Part shown: positions 47,401 to 62,155 of the stretch, piece after piece | Layout: each line of letters starts with the position of its first letter | Numbering within the stretch: the stretch's first letter is position 1 | DNA from: Psilocybe cubensis | Lineage: Eukaryota | NCBI GenBank assembly: GCA_017499595.2 | Contig: CM039001.1 | Coordinates: 1-64,000 of the forward strand | Reading direction: 5' to 3' | DNA length: 64,000 nt | Position numbers and translations under genes: made by a program | Notes under the pieces: generated by a model | What the model was told of the DNA's origin: nothing | Seen by the model: only the letters and a program-made list of their open reading frames with translations | Databases searched by the model: none

Positions 47401-49344
47401 GGATGTTGAATACCAGGCTGACAGAAATAAAAAGGGTTGCTCATCGTTGACCAGCGACCATAAAGACGGCTGTCGGTAGTGTCGAGGGTTAATGAGAGAG
47501 GGAGGGAAGTGCGCAATATGAGTTTTAGGTGAGTTTTTACGGTTGTACATGGAAGGCCACATAGCGATGCACTAAAGTAACAAGGAGTGTAAGATGCAGA
47601 TGGAGGGTATGGGTGACGAGTCACCTGTCTCAACGGGTGACGATGGAGAGGTGGTGGAGGGTGACCGGTGAAGAGCCAAGTGGGATAGACAATGACCATT
47701 GTATACAGTAAAATGACAAGGAATAATAGGAGAGTGAATAGATATGATTCAAGCACATCTATTCAATGAATGGGAATAGCAGCGCTTCTTTCACGCACCT
47801 GTGCGCCCATCAAAAACACATTTCTTTCATCCCGTCATCAAACTCTCCCTCACCCTGAGCTCACTGGCGCCAACTCACATTCTGGATCCCCACAGGACCA
47901 TGCACCAGCGCACGCAAAAGTCTCGTTACAGTCTAAGCGGCATGGAGCGCTTGTCCTGGGCCTTGTTTTCGACAGCGTGCCTCGAGGAGTGGGGATCAGG
48001 ACAGCCGTGTATGTGATTCTGATAGAGGTGCACCAGGTGATAGACTACGGACGACGTATTCTCAGAGAAGCCTCAGCAATTGGATGACGGTTGGTGGTTG
48101 TAGTGAGGGCTTGGAGATTGGTAGAGAGAGATAGAGGGTAAGACAATATTTACTCACTCATATCCATACACGCACACGCTCGCCCTCTACAAAAAGCCCT
48201 CTTCATACCCAACAAGCAGTTTTCCACACCCCACACCTGCGCACGGGTGCACGCACTAGGGGACCACTGCTCAATGGGCCCCGCCAGACGCTGCGTCTAC
48301 ACGCCACTCGTCGTCGAATCCGTACTCGTCAATATCAAGGCCGATGTGTTCACGCGCATACAGTCCATCAGCATCGAGTTCAGGGAGCCTTGCAGGGGGC
48401 TCAAGCGGGAGCTCAGTTGGCAAGTGTGAATATTTCAATGAGCATCGACAACCACATCGTGGCGGAGCGCGGAAGCTCCTCTCCTCTCCACAGCGAGTCC
48501 AATGGCCTTGTTTCCCTATCGAGCTCGCTGCTGGAATTGTCTTGAAAACAGGTGAGCTCGAGCTGTTGAATAGCGCGCAGTCACTTACCACGTCGTTCTC
48601 AGCCACCCGACATGCTTCAAAGGTGAGTCGACACGCCCAGCGACCTCACCCTATCGTTGTAAACAACCCGCTACAGGTACAGACACAAACGTAACCAACC
48701 CTAACCGGACTAATCTGTGCTTTTGTGGTATATCGAGTCCCAACCAACCCTAATGCTAAACCCTAAACCATCCTAATCTGTATTTTTGTGGTCACCACCA
48801 ACCCTAAACTATAAACCCTAACCAATGCTAATATGTGCTTTGTGGTGTAGGTGTTACAATTGTTGTCAGGTATGTTCACCTTGCATCCATCCACACGGAT
48901 TACTTGCTTGATTCGCATAGCACCATCTCATATCTAGTGCAAATACCCTGTTAGACTAGCCTAGTGACATTTGAAACACACCTGCGAGTAATTCAATGCC
49001 CCATTTTCTCTGTGAGGCGAATGCAAAGTGGCACCACATACATCTCCTCCTGCCCCAAATCACAAAATACAATGATTCTGAACATTCTCTGCATCTACCT
49101 AGCATTCAAGCGTTACATAATGACACCGGGAGCCTCCGTCGTTAATATGTAAAGAAGTTGGATGTACTTGAATCAAAGTTGAACATGGATCAAAGCCACA
49201 CACTCGGTTTCAACGTACCTGGGCAGTAAACGAAGGAATACAGTTGTTCCATGAATATTCTGTGTAGTAGCATACTATGGGCCGATGTGGAATATGTAAT
49301 ATAGAGAGAATCAAACACTCAGACGTCATTTGGGTGAGAAATGA

Positions 49345-49735
49345 GAGTGGCATTTGTTAAGCGCCCAAACCAACAACCTTGTATATTTCAAACACAAAGA
49401 AGATATTTCTCGCACAATCGATTATCAAACGGTAATACAGAGTAAGGGACTGCATTACTAACATGATATGTCGAGACAGAACTGACTTGAATGAGATTTG
49501 CAAACAGGATGACGAGAACCAGTCGATGGATCTCATGCGGCCTCGTCCTCCAGCTCCAATTCCGCGTTTCTAGCGTGAAGGACGCCATTTCCTCGCATCT
49601 CATGCTGTCATTAATAAACATACGCCGTGAGTACTAATACGACATTAGGGGCGACATTTGGAAAGCGAGAATGCATTGAATGGACGGTACGGGAATCATA
49701 TACCTCGTATTTCCCATCCATACTTTGCACGTATG
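49345..49735. repeat. Dispersed repeat, diverged copy at ~55791-56190
   Basis: Shared AGTGGCATT..GTTAAGCGCCCAAA...CCAGCTCCAATTCCGCGTTTCTAGCGTGAA...ATCATATACCTCGTATTTCCC. Confidence 0.8.
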
Positions 49736-50102
49736 GGGAGTAATGACTGGATTACATGCCTCTGACATATTACAAGTCAATGTTAATTGAGAATATGAGT
49801 ATGTTCCATGAAATGAAAGTTCAATGGATACTCGCCATAATCACTCCTCCACTCGTCATTTTCTAGATTCGTGTTAATAACACATTCAGGAGAGATAATT
49901 AAGAAGCATTTGATACCACTCACACATGGAATAGCAGTCCCATCCTACAACCATAGTGGGACTCGAGACAAGAACCCTAAATGCGAAGTCAACTAACCAG
50001 CCTTCTCCTCCTGCCCTATTTCGCCGTTTCTCACCTTTTCAAACGCTGTTCCTTCTTGAACACATATGAGTATCTCTGCATTTCACCATATGTATCCGAG
50101 TG

Positions 50103-50166
50103 ACATGAGTTGGGATGCTGTGTAGACGGTCAATACATGAGTTGGGATGCTGTGTAGACGGTCAAT
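50103..50166. repeat. Perfect 32-bp tandem duplication
   Basis: ACATGAGTTGGGATGCTGTGTAGACGGTCAAT x2. Confidence 0.9.
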
Positions 50167-53100
50167 TAGTGGACTTGACATTTAAAGCGAATGAAGGCAC
50201 ACATATGTTATCCTTGTTTTCTGGAACTCCAAGCGTGTTTGCATAATATTTTCTTGTTTGAGTGAGGCTGGGAGAATGTATCGTATACTGAATGATGTAC
50301 AATGGCTGATAACGACCTCAGGAATTCTGCGAAAACTAATCGTCGTGATACGCACCTAATATCCATGATTTTGTATGTACATACCATTCTCATACGGCCG
50401 CCACGCGTTCAAAGTATCTAGGTATTCAATTCAGTGTATTGAGGTCGTATGAGAATGGTATTTCAAGTTGATACACAACTCACTGGACTTGGATATCTGA
50501 ATCTCGATTCCCAACCCTCCTCCATCCCCCATTCACCCTAGCTCTCGTTTGCAAACGATTGCTTCGCTTCCGGGTGTTTTAGATATTCCCATCAGTCCTA
50601 AACATAATTACGACACCCATCAGTAGAGATGTAACTGAGAACCAAGAAAATTCCAGCATAAATTTTTATGAGTGTGCGGAGAACCTGGACAGCGGTTCTG
50701 AATGGAGAACGGTGGTTATGGTTGTAATTGAGGTGTGGTGCGTGTTTGGCAGACTTTGGGGTTACGATACCGTTATCCGGGTGGCGTTTATGGGGGATCT
50801 AGAGCTAAGTGCAGTCGAAATTGAACCGACACCTGTTTGAAGTTGAAGCCCAATGCACAAGTAGGAAACTCCTAAAATACACGCAATTGACATAATATCC
50901 GTGCCAGAAGAACATAGCAGCACCGTCTAACAAGCAATAGTAAGAGTGCTTCGTCACTTGATACCACAAAGGAAACTCCAAGTCGTCAAGATACAAATGT
51001 GGAGAATGACATGCCCGTGGTCTTCCACCCCCAACTCGTCCATTTTCCGTGTTCCAAACGCTCGTTTCTCGCGCGGACCTGAGTTCCTTTCATCACAGAG
51101 TTACATTTCAGGGGTATCGGGTTCTGACACTATGACCAATGCTCAGAAGACAAAATATCAACGGCGAATCAAGATATTTGGATATAATGTATCCTCGTCT
51201 CCTTTCCCAGCGCGATTTCGCCACCTCCTGCATTCATTCGCTTTCCAGCGGTGCACTCAACGTAAGGTACTCTATGACGTACGTTATTGACATGTTTTGA
51301 ACCTAGAAAATGCCCAGCGATAGCGGTAATCGCAACAAAGATAGGAAGTTTGCAACTCACCGTGAAGAAAGTAATACATGCATTTTGCCATGTATATCTT
51401 AGGTAGACACTTGCAGATACAATGGATTAGTGAACGACATCTGTGTGCACTATAAGTGAGTCGAAATGTATTAATACACGTTGGAATTGTCAAGTTTTAT
51501 TGAGATGTATCTACACGATGAGGTCTACTTCCAACGCAAATTAGAGTTCAACACAGTGATATGCAGCTAATGATTAACGCGGAGAAGCTTGGAATATCAT
51601 GTCCATACAAGTCTGGACTTTCCAAACATCCGTCAAGTGCTCCAAATAACATAAACGACATACACGTATATGCAAATACAACATAAATACACCCGTAAAA
51701 CAGCTAATACGAGATACATACCTACATTCCCCACCCATCCCAACCCAAACACACAGACCCAGACTGCTCGCATGTTGAATAGACCGCGTACAATGCTGAC
51801 ACTACATTCTCTCCTCCTCCCCATTTACACATTTGCAGGTCATTCGAACCGCTCCCTTTTCACTCCCGTCGCGTTTCAGACCCATTACGACACCTTTACA
51901 CACCTGATTGAACTATCTGTCAAAGAGAAATGAGAGAAAGACGCAGTGAACTCGACAAACCTTGGTATGAGCTAGCAGCACCTACAGCGCGAAATACGCT
52001 GTTTGGGACGTGTCTGTGGACATGTAGGGGATACCTGGGTACTTGAGTGATATCCGGAAATTGTTTATGGGGGTTACTAAAGCTGTGTATCGTCAATGGA
52101 TTAGTTTCATGTGTGTATGTTGCAATTATCCGTTTGCACTGATTACACTCACATAAACACCTACCTGTGTCTTTGGAAATGTTGAGTGTAGGTATAGGGT
52201 CAGTGTATAACCATAATTAAAATCTCAATTTGAGGATTGTGAAAGCAATTCCAATACTCATTGAAATGAGACCTATACGTACCTCGGAACTCGTTCTCCT
52301 CCATCCCGAATCCACCGCTCTTCTCTCAAATTTCGAGCTGGATTCATATCAGCCCTTAATTTATCAATAGATACTAGTAACACTCACGTAGTACGTAGTC
52401 TCATAATTTTCAAGTTGCAACATGAAATTTTTTATCCATCCCCGGAGAACACCACTCAATGAATGCAACAATACAATGCTAGAGCAAAAAACAACGTACA
52501 AGCGGTAGCTTAGTCATATATCAAATCCATCCTAGTCCCTTCCGGATGCTCAGAACCATCTCCAAGTTTGAGCTTTTGCAACACAACTCACCAAGTGCAC
52601 ATGAACGGGATACGACACTACCACACCTTCCCCGTCCCAATCTTCCAAAAGAACGCGGTTTTAATCGTCTGGAAATTAGGTCGTCAGGGTCCTATTTGGG
52701 TGATGTATTGTCAACGTCAGGTCTAGCGGCGTCTTGAAAAAAAAGTTGGAAACTAGAGCTCAAAGGAATTGGTGGAGATGATCTGTAATTCAATGAATTA
52801 GCTTGTTTCCATTGAGAATTTTATTATACATACCTCTCTAACGCGATGGGAGTAGTATACCATGTAGCAGAATGAAGTGGGTACTCTGACCAGAGTTTCA
52901 CGGTATGAGGAAAGTTATCATTGCATGAGCTGCCCGATTTTAACTTGAAACAAAATATCGAAATCAACATGAAATGAACAAACTGTGTGCTCAACAAAAC
53001 ATGAAAACATATCTATTCAAGATCTACAGACAGACAGGAGTGTAAGATACAGAAGCACAGTGTACATACACTCGGCTAACGCTCGGTTCGCGCTCAAATC

Positions 53101-54859
53101 GTCTGTTGATCCCAAAATTGGACCCTGAAAGCAGCACGGTACAACCCAAAAATGGATAGCGTAGTGGGTGTATGTACAGCGGCGTGTTTGGGGACTATAA
53201 AAGGGACCGTGAGTCGACTCAATTTTTCTCATCCCGCTCCTCCTCCTCTGCCCAGCTCAGGGGGTCTCTCCCCTCTCTCCTCTGCTCTCCAATTTTCTCC
53301 TCTTCGCTCCGCGTCCTCTGGTAACCAACGTCATCGTGTGAGCTGGGGGTTTGCCGCCGCGACTGACGACTTTTTTTGTTGTTTGAATGCCAGGTCATCA
53401 CCTGTGAAGACCCAAGGTAAGCAAACCAACACAGACGCGTCCAGCGACTCACCTTGACACCCACACAGGCCCCTCGACTCGACGGTGACTTCACCCAAAT
53501 GCGCCGTGTCGCCGTCATTGGTGAGTCCCAGTCATACGAAGTGCCCACTGACCTCATCCCAACGTGTCTCTTCCAGTCAGCGGCATCTGTGTTGTCTGAC
53601 ACCCATTGGAGGTAAGTAATCGTGCATAGACGTGTCCAGCTACTCACATTGACGAACCCACGTTGACACATGCAAGCCTCTTTGAAACACACGAGACCCT
53701 TCACACGACACCTTGACTATCACCAACTGCACTCGTTGGTGAAGATGCACCGGGGCGCTGTTATTGGTGTGGTGAGTCCAAGTCACAGTAAACCGAACAT
53801 GCCGACTGACTCACCTCATCCGACGCGTCTGTTCCTGCCGCGGTCTTCTTGAATGCCAGGTGCGCCTAGAGGTGAGTAGTCCACGACAGATGTGTCCGAC
53901 GCACACAAAACCCCTCGAAAAAATGACCTTGACTATCACTGACCAGCGTTCGCTGTTGAAGATGCACTTCGACGGCGTCATTGGTGAGTGCCAGTCACAA
54001 TTAAACGGACACGCTCACTGACTCACCTCATCCCGACGCGCCTCTTTCAGCCAGCGGCTTTGTGAATGCCAGGCCATAGTGTCATCTGGTGCCCAGAGGT
54101 GAGTAGTAGTCCAGCGCAGACGTGTCTAGTCACTCACCTTGACAGAGATCCGACGTCAACACAGGCAAAGCCATCCATCCTGTCGTCATATTACAGAACC
54201 ACCACGCCGTTTACGTGTCCTCCAGCCCGTCGCTATTGTCTGTCAGTATGATACTGAGGGTGAGTGTCCGTGCTGTGCATCTGGCTAGGTCCTGCGGATG
54301 CGCATCGGCGACGGTGGAGTGGGAATAACCGTGAGTAACGATGTAGAAAGACACATGCAACTACTCACCGTCTGCAAGATGCGCTACTGCCCAGCATCCC
54401 ATCCTGCTCAACCCCGCTTCCCTTGTTCACTACAAGATTGCGCCCATCCAACTACCCCTGACGGGTTTGGGAAAGTATGGCGCCGGGTGCGAGCAATAGC
54501 AAAGGGTGGGGAGAGGATGGTGTGTGGTGATGGTGGTTTCTGTGGTTTCATGTAAAAGCAATGGAGGGCATGTAAAGCACTCACCGAACTTGACATATCA
54601 ATCCTTTGTCCCCTCTGCATTTCGCGAGTGTTTCAAGCTTTCCTTCCTTGCAAAGACGCCAGTTCGCAAAGTGCAAATGAAACTGAATGCTACTCACCTA
54701 GAGCCAGGTTTGTTCTGAGGGTTCACATCAATCACTGGCTAGCTATGAAAGCCGTCCGTTTTGCGTTGTGTTGCAGTGAGATTGGTATTAATCAAATATA
54801 TGCGTCATTTGAGACCATGGTTTTGTGAACCCTGAAGCGCACGATTGACACGGGAGGGT

Positions 54860-55790
54860 CGGAGTTTGAATGTCCTTGACAACAGCAAGGACAAACAACA
54901 TGACTCTGGGGGTCGAGGGTCGGCGGCGGTGGCGGCTGCGAGTGCGGCTGCGTGGAGGTGCCGGCACAACGACACGCAGCAGATTGCATGTTGTTGTGGG
55001 CGGCGAGTGGAGGCGGCGGCGGGACGACAGGTGGCGAGTGGAGGCGGTGCGGCGGCAGCAACAGGCGACGAGTGGAGGTGGCGGCGGCAGCAGCGGCCCG
55101 GGTGTGGCGGCGCAACGACACGCAGCAGAGTGCGTGTTGTGGTGGGCGGCGACTAGACGCGACGGCGGGACGACGCGCGGTGACGTCGTGACGACAGGCG
55201 GCAACGGCGGGATGACACGCGGTGACGGCTGAACGACAGGCGTCGAGTGGAGGTGGCGGCAGCAGCAGCGGCCCGGAGGTGGCAGTGCGACAACACGCAG
55301 CTGCGAGCGCAGGCGTCAGGCAGGTGGCGAGCGCAGGCGTCGGGATAGCGAGCGCAGGCGTCGGGAGACAGGCGGGAGGCTGGCCTCCACTTGCGCGTAC
55401 GATGTGCGCATGACTCGAGGCCGGCCTCAGGTGGCCTCGACGTGTTTATTTTTAGTTGGAGGCCGGCCTCCAGTGCCTGTCACTTTTTATTTTTAGACGG
55501 AGGCCGGCCTCCAGTGCCTGTCAAAGTTATTTTTAGACGGAGGCCGGCCTCCAGTGACCTCCATCAATTTGGAGGCCGGCCTCCAGTGGCCTCCATCAAT
55601 TTGGAGGCCGGCCTCCATAAATTACATATTTAATTATGTAGCACCTCCGTATGTACAAAATAAAATATTTTGAAAATGGATTTGGGGGTTTTTGAGGTCG
55701 AGGAATCCGAATCTGGCATTAGATTTCAGGAATTCTAAACAGGAGGCCCAATGCAACGAAGGCCCCCCCTTCGGGGGGGAATAAGCCTAG
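54860..55790 (+). mobile_element. GC-rich element, copy D
   Basis: Same 5' motif, minisatellite, palindrome array and hairpin-AATAAGCCTAG end. Upstream 54565-54830 also resembles 33635-33900. Confidence 0.55.
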
Positions 55791-58700
55791 AGTGGCATTC
55801 GTTAAGCGCCCAAAACAACGACCTTGTATATTTCAAACACAAAGCAGGCATTTTGTGCACAATCAATTAAAAACGGTAATACAGAGTAGGGAGGTACATT
55901 ACCAACATGATATGTGGACAGAGAATTAATGTGAATGTGATTTGCAAACAGCATGACGAGAACCAGCCGATGCATGCCATCCGGCCTTGTCTCCAGCTCC
56001 AATTCCGCGTTTCTAGCGTGAAAAACACCATTTCCTCGCATATCGGACGGGCATCACAGCATGCTTTCATTAATAGACATATGCCGTCAGTCCTAATGCG
56101 ACATTAGCGGCGACATTAGGAAAGCGAGAATGCACTGAATTGAGGTACGGGGATCATATACCTCGTATTTCCCGTCCGTCTTTTGCACGTATAGCAAACA
56201 TTTTGCAGACTCCCCTGTACAAGTAGACTACGCAGTACACCCCTTGGTACTCATACCATTCATAGCAAGTCAACAATCACAAAAGTTTTATCAAAATTTT
56301 CAACTCACGTACATGTCCACATATTCTCCCTCCCCCAATTCGCAATTCCAGCCTGTTTCCAATGTTTCCTTTCACTACAAATCTTCTCGGGCACTAGCGG
56401 GGACCTGACTTCAAATTAAGACCCACACGGGCACTGACGACAATGTCTTGCACCCAACGTGGTACACAGCGAGGAATTCTCTGGCAAGGTTTGTCAGCGC
56501 CGTCTACAATAATCATGGTGCGTCTACTCACTGTCATGCTCCCAGTGTACTTTAGCCTCAGATACATTCGACGCGTCCAACATCAATCCAACCGCATTAC
56601 ATTACGAATCGACTCACCATGGCGTCGCATTCTGCGGACACACAGCAGACGAGCCTGGTTGGGAGGACGTGATGTCAAGGTGCGTCATTACCATTCCACG
56701 TGGTGGGTAATGGGCGACTGTGCAGCGAGGAACGGGGTCAGCACCAGGGTGTCGGATGAAAAATTAGCTCTTATCGCTCACCATGACATCGTGCTCAGCG
56801 GGAACGGCTGCCGACGAGATGGACGCGACGAGAGGACTTCGGAGGGCACGTACACTGGAGGCCCGCTCAGACGGCAATGTTTCGTCAAGACAAAGACAGG
56901 GGACAAGTAGTGGGTTGGGTTGGTTAACAAGCCATGGGGGCGGTTTGTCTGCGCAACATCAGATGTGTCATCCTGTGCGGTGCTACACACGTTCTGCCAT
57001 GGTCCGTCAACGCTGTCAAGGATAATCATGCTGCTAATGCTCACCGTTGTGTGTTATGTTTCTTCTAGTATCCAACATCAAACCATGTCCCGTACATCAC
57101 GAGTCACTCTCCACAACCGCGTGCGCACGCTGGACAAGGGTACAAACGAAATCGCCACTTGAAGATCGAGGTGTGGGTGGTGGTGGCATCGAATCAGCGA
57201 GTTGATAATAGTGGGGCGGCCGGCTTACCCACGTGTCGGCATTGTGAATTGTGTTGTATGTTGGAAATACAGGGTTCGAGGCGCTAGAATGTGCGCAATG
57301 GCATTAATGACATTGAAGGGTGAGTTGCATACTCGAATTCGTATCTTCAATCTGACTATTGCGAAACTACAGACATCCTAGTCTATAGATATATTACCAT
57401 ACCGCAGAGACCTTCAACAAGTCTGCGAATCAAACGAGCACTCCGAGGATTGCAGATCTTGATTTGTGAATGGGATGACTCGGACCTCGTTCGCTGCGTC
57501 GAGAAATCTCGACATGATCTCTCGTAGCTGACATGTCGTTATCTCGCTAGGAGACACACGGGGACCTACTTACGTTGCGGCATAAACTATCTGTGGTGTG
57601 ATGTCTGGAAACACCGTGATCTTGGAATGCGGGTAGGAGGGTTGCTTCCACTAGCTCGAGTCCAAGGATCCATCGACTTGTAATTCGGTGTGTTGGGACG
57701 TAATGAATATGTTCTGGTGACGATGGTGAGTTCTCAATTCATTCTAGGCCTTGTTTCCGATGTTTGAATATTGGTGTTTTGAGCAGGTGTGTTGTTATTC
57801 GAACCTGGATGTGTCGTACTTGAACACTTTCTCGTGTTTATTGCAAACCTGGATCCGAAATTTTGTGATTACGGTATGTACTAGTCTCGTTTCCAAGACC
57901 GATTTATTGCACTGATAGCAATCCCGGTCGATTTACAACTCGAAGATGTCGAGATGTGAATGGATGAGAGGTTCGTACAAAGGTATTGTGCGAATATACG
58001 GGTAGGTTCTGAGCTCTGTATTCTGGGAATACTAACTTTGTTTTTCTAAAGGTCTTTGTGTTTGATATGCATGCGTTGAACGATGCATTCGAGCATACTT
58101 TGTTTTGGAAAGATATGCTCTGCTCTTTGTGTGGTATGGCTCAACATACTCATTCTCAGCTGAACCACCGTTCTCATTCACAGAAGTATCCCTCACAGAT
58201 TGTTCATTAAACGTACATATTTCTTCACTCCTCAATTACCATGTTTTCGCTCTTTCTCAATTCCACAGAAACTCTATGTACGTGCTTGTCCGATTCATCT
58301 TTTACATTCTAAACTAACACTCTTCGTTGCCAAATTGCTTACGACAGCCCCTTGATGGCGCTAGCACCGCAAAGGATTGGGCAGGCGAACAGGAACTTGC
58401 GTTTCCAACGGCGAACTTGGGTGATTTGGGGGAGGAGTACATGTCGGAATGGGATGTTAACTTGTAAGTTTACATTGTTGAATCTTCCCTTTCCACTCGC
58501 TGTGTGGATATACCTGGTATGTACGATTAGGGTGTTGTTTCTGCAGTGCGCTAACGGATACCGTTGTGTGTACTCGACTATTTAGAAGTGTATGTGCAGT
58601 TTTTCATTTACAACGACTTTGATTTGATTGAAGAAATTCTACAACTTGCACCTCGTCTATCCGTATTCAAACCTACTGTGCATTTACAGACCGCCTTTCC

Positions 58701-61700
58701 ATTCCCCCTCAAACTCTTAGAAGGTCAGGAAACCTTTAATTACGCTTAAACAAACCCGGTGAGTACATTCCGCACCATCATAGCTCATATGCATCAGGAT
58801 GTATTTTGCCTTCTTATTTACGTTTGACAGGACCCTACATACGGCATGCACACAGGAGTCGAGGGTTGTGTGTTAACTGGGTGCGTTCTGAGCGGGATAC
58901 GGCGATTTGAACATTGAGACGAAGAGGGCCGTGTCAAGATGTTTGCAAGATTCTTTTCACTGCTGACTAGTTATGTGCATTGCATACATATGTAGTACGT
59001 AGATACATTGAAATATAGCTGATATTTGTGTATCTACTAATCTGAATTGAATGAGATGAAGAAATGAACGTGGAATGTGTTGCACCTCATTGAAATTCAA
59101 CTTTCGAGAGTCGTATCTCCACACTGGAGTTGATTCAGCTCAAACGGTTGCAACCACATCTGTAACCTACCTATACCTACCCTCTCAAATACTGCAAACT
59201 CTCCCAAATGAACTGAACCGGCGGAAACGCCCTATTCAGCACACCACACCTCCAACGTTACCTTCCAATTTCCGTTCGCTTCTGAGTCAAAAATGCAATA
59301 TATTAGCATGGAGACTAGTGATTACATCACTTACGACATATGCAGAGGCCGTTGAATGTGCAGGGGTGCAGTGGAAACGCGCGTTTTTGAGCAGATTGAC
59401 CCGAGAGGAGGGGTGCGAGGAGAAGAAGTTGACATACGCCGACAACCGAATTTTGCGCTTGGTTCGGAGGTGGCCTTGGAGGACAGGTGGTACGTCAGCG
59501 CCGATTACAATTGTCCTGGTGTTTGCTACTTACCATCGTCGTTCCAGTGGCCATCCTGTCAAACCAACGCTTTCGCATCATGAATGAACTCGCTGTCGCG
59601 TTCTGCGGGAATGTTGCTCATGAAAGGTGCGTCAGATGGGGAGCATTGTGAGCACACTGTCTTGCAAGGGAAAATGTCGCGTTGACGCTGCGAGGAGGCG
59701 TGTCAGCACCAGCATGTCGGGTGTTCTTACTACTCACCATGGCATCGCGTTTGACGGGCGTGGCTGCCGACGAGAGGGGCTTGGATGGACACGACAAGAG
59801 GGTGTTCTGTCAAGGTGCGTCAGGTGTTGTGTGACTGCAAGGATTACCTTGCGAGGCGGAAATGTTGCGTGGAGCTGTGTAGCGACGAGGCAGGTCAGCA
59901 CCACTGCATCGTTGACCGTTTGAAACTTACCGTGTCGCGGTCAACTGTGTGTCGTTGACTCGCTGTTGGTAACGCCGTCAGCGCTGTCGTCATCAGAAGA
60001 CAGGCATCAAGACTTACCGTGATGATGCAGATGCTATTGGAGACGAGAACGCTGGGGGAAGAGGTTGTGAGACTGGACAAGGTAGAGAAGCCATTTTGTG
60101 TGTTTGGCTGTGCCAAACAACCATTGTTAATGTGCACGGTCGCCACTCTTGAGCCACATCGTTCAATAAGTTCTTGTCTTGCTTTTCTTTTTTACACAAT
60201 GCTGACAATTCTCTGCAAAGTGTGATTCGATTTTTGGACGTCCGCGGTGCGCCATTGCGAGGTTAAACAAAGGTATGTCCCGTCTGTGACTTTGCTGATC
60301 CATTATTGACACGATGTTGTAGTTTTATCTCGACGCTATATATCGATTTCCCGTTAACAGGACAGCAATTTTGAGGTCATATCAACTGTAAGTTGAAGTC
60401 TCGTACTTGTTTCAAGCCGCCCTTAACCTTTTTACTCAGATTTTGCACTCATGATGCTCTGACGCAACATAACAAACGTCCGCCGAGCTGGGGTGTCGTG
60501 CCGCGGCCCTTGCTTCTCAAGACAATGTATGAAATTTCCCTGAGCCTCTGTATGTGTACGACAGCATATGATTTGGTAAGTACTCGGTGTCATATTTTTC
60601 CTGACCTATACTTATGCTCTTGTCACAGTTTTAACCCAAGACGATGTATTGACATCTGCTGAGCCGTTTGGTGCTGGTATGCTGACTATATCATGTGTAT
60701 CGAGCTTCTGTTTACCTGGAATTGTTAGTTATGTTCCCGACGCACTGTATGGCTTTCCGGCGGCCTGGATTGACTTATTACGGGTGAGTTGAATCTATTA
60801 TTTGTATTGAACCTCTGTTTACCTGGAACTATGGTCATGATCTCATTTTGCGTATCGCTTTCCGGCGGCCTGGATATTGGGTCCATGGCGATATCAAGCG
60901 GTACGCGCTGCGCCTTGTAATGACGAATCGGGCGTTCTCAATGGCATGCTTCTCAACATCACATTATGAATCCGGCCCATCGTCATCGTCAACCCCCAAA
61001 TTAAGAACATCAACTGTTCACTCCACTACAAGGAGTGTTCAAGCCGTCTTTGTTAATCATGCGGAATTGTGTTTGGGTGCGTATTCCCCTTGTCATCATG
61101 CTCTCTCTGAAGAGCCTTATATACAGATCTTGCGCAGCATGTGTTTGTGCTAAACAACACCACCTCCCTGCTCTGCGTGCGCAAATTGTACAATAACCAT
61201 GCTCGCTATCAACGTCACTGTCGTCATTCACATTGGAGGAAGAGCGGCATTGACAAATAATGTCGATTGTTGAAAATTGAGAAGTTGGATAAAGTGTGCG
61301 TATTTTGTGTTTTTGTAATACAAAAAGAGTCACATATCTGATAATGCCCCTCCTCCCTCATCTAGGTACACTCGTCGCCGAATACCGCTTCTCAAAAGCA
61401 ATCAGTACCCTCCCGCGCGGACCCTCTAAATACACTCTGAAAAAAATTCGGCAGAAACCATTGACAATATGACGCCAACGAATGACGTATTGACTCGGTG
61501 CTCCAGAGCCCAGAAGGCCACTGAACGTCGTTTTCGATTAGATTCATTCCAGTTTGTAGCAACAACATGGCAGGCGTAGCGCGGCTGTGTGCTGCATTTC
61601 CGTTGTTTGAGGGGCTCTATCATGCTGGTATAGATAATAGAATGCGTAGTTGAAGAGGTGGCAGTGCGTTGTGATGAGGAAATGGCGATACTTTTGAAAT

Positions 61701-62155
61701 ATTCGTGCCGGGTCTTCAAATTGCGTATATCCCACATTTTCATTGTCTGCGACATTCTGTGGTAGGTTTGAAGCACTGAATAGATAGGATAGTATTTATA
61801 GTACTTGATTAAATGTGAAAATTAAGTTCTGCGGTGTTGAGGAAAGTCGGACATGTCAAAAATTGTGGATACATGGTACATACACACCAACCCTAACCAG
61901 CCTAATCTGTGCTTTTATGGTATTATCAAATCCCAACCAACCCTAAAACCTAAACCCTAAACCATCCTAATCTGTATTTTTGTGGTCATCACCAACCCTA
62001 ATCCCTAACCCTAACCAAGGCTAATATGTGCTTTGTGATGTAGGTGTTACATTGTGTTAATTGTATGTTTGTGAATGTGAATATGGATTGTAGATAGATG
62101 ACACTAAATCCTTGAATATGTATTGACTGTGAATATGTGCATTGAATGCAACTAT

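Noticed and set aside
40568-61800. Numerous 60-200 aa ORFs in the subtelomere (e.g. 40913-41311, 44631-45221, 48271-48606, 59075-59587)
   Set aside because: No recognisable domains or coherent exon chains by eye. Some may be gene fragments, but I cannot support a call without a homology search.
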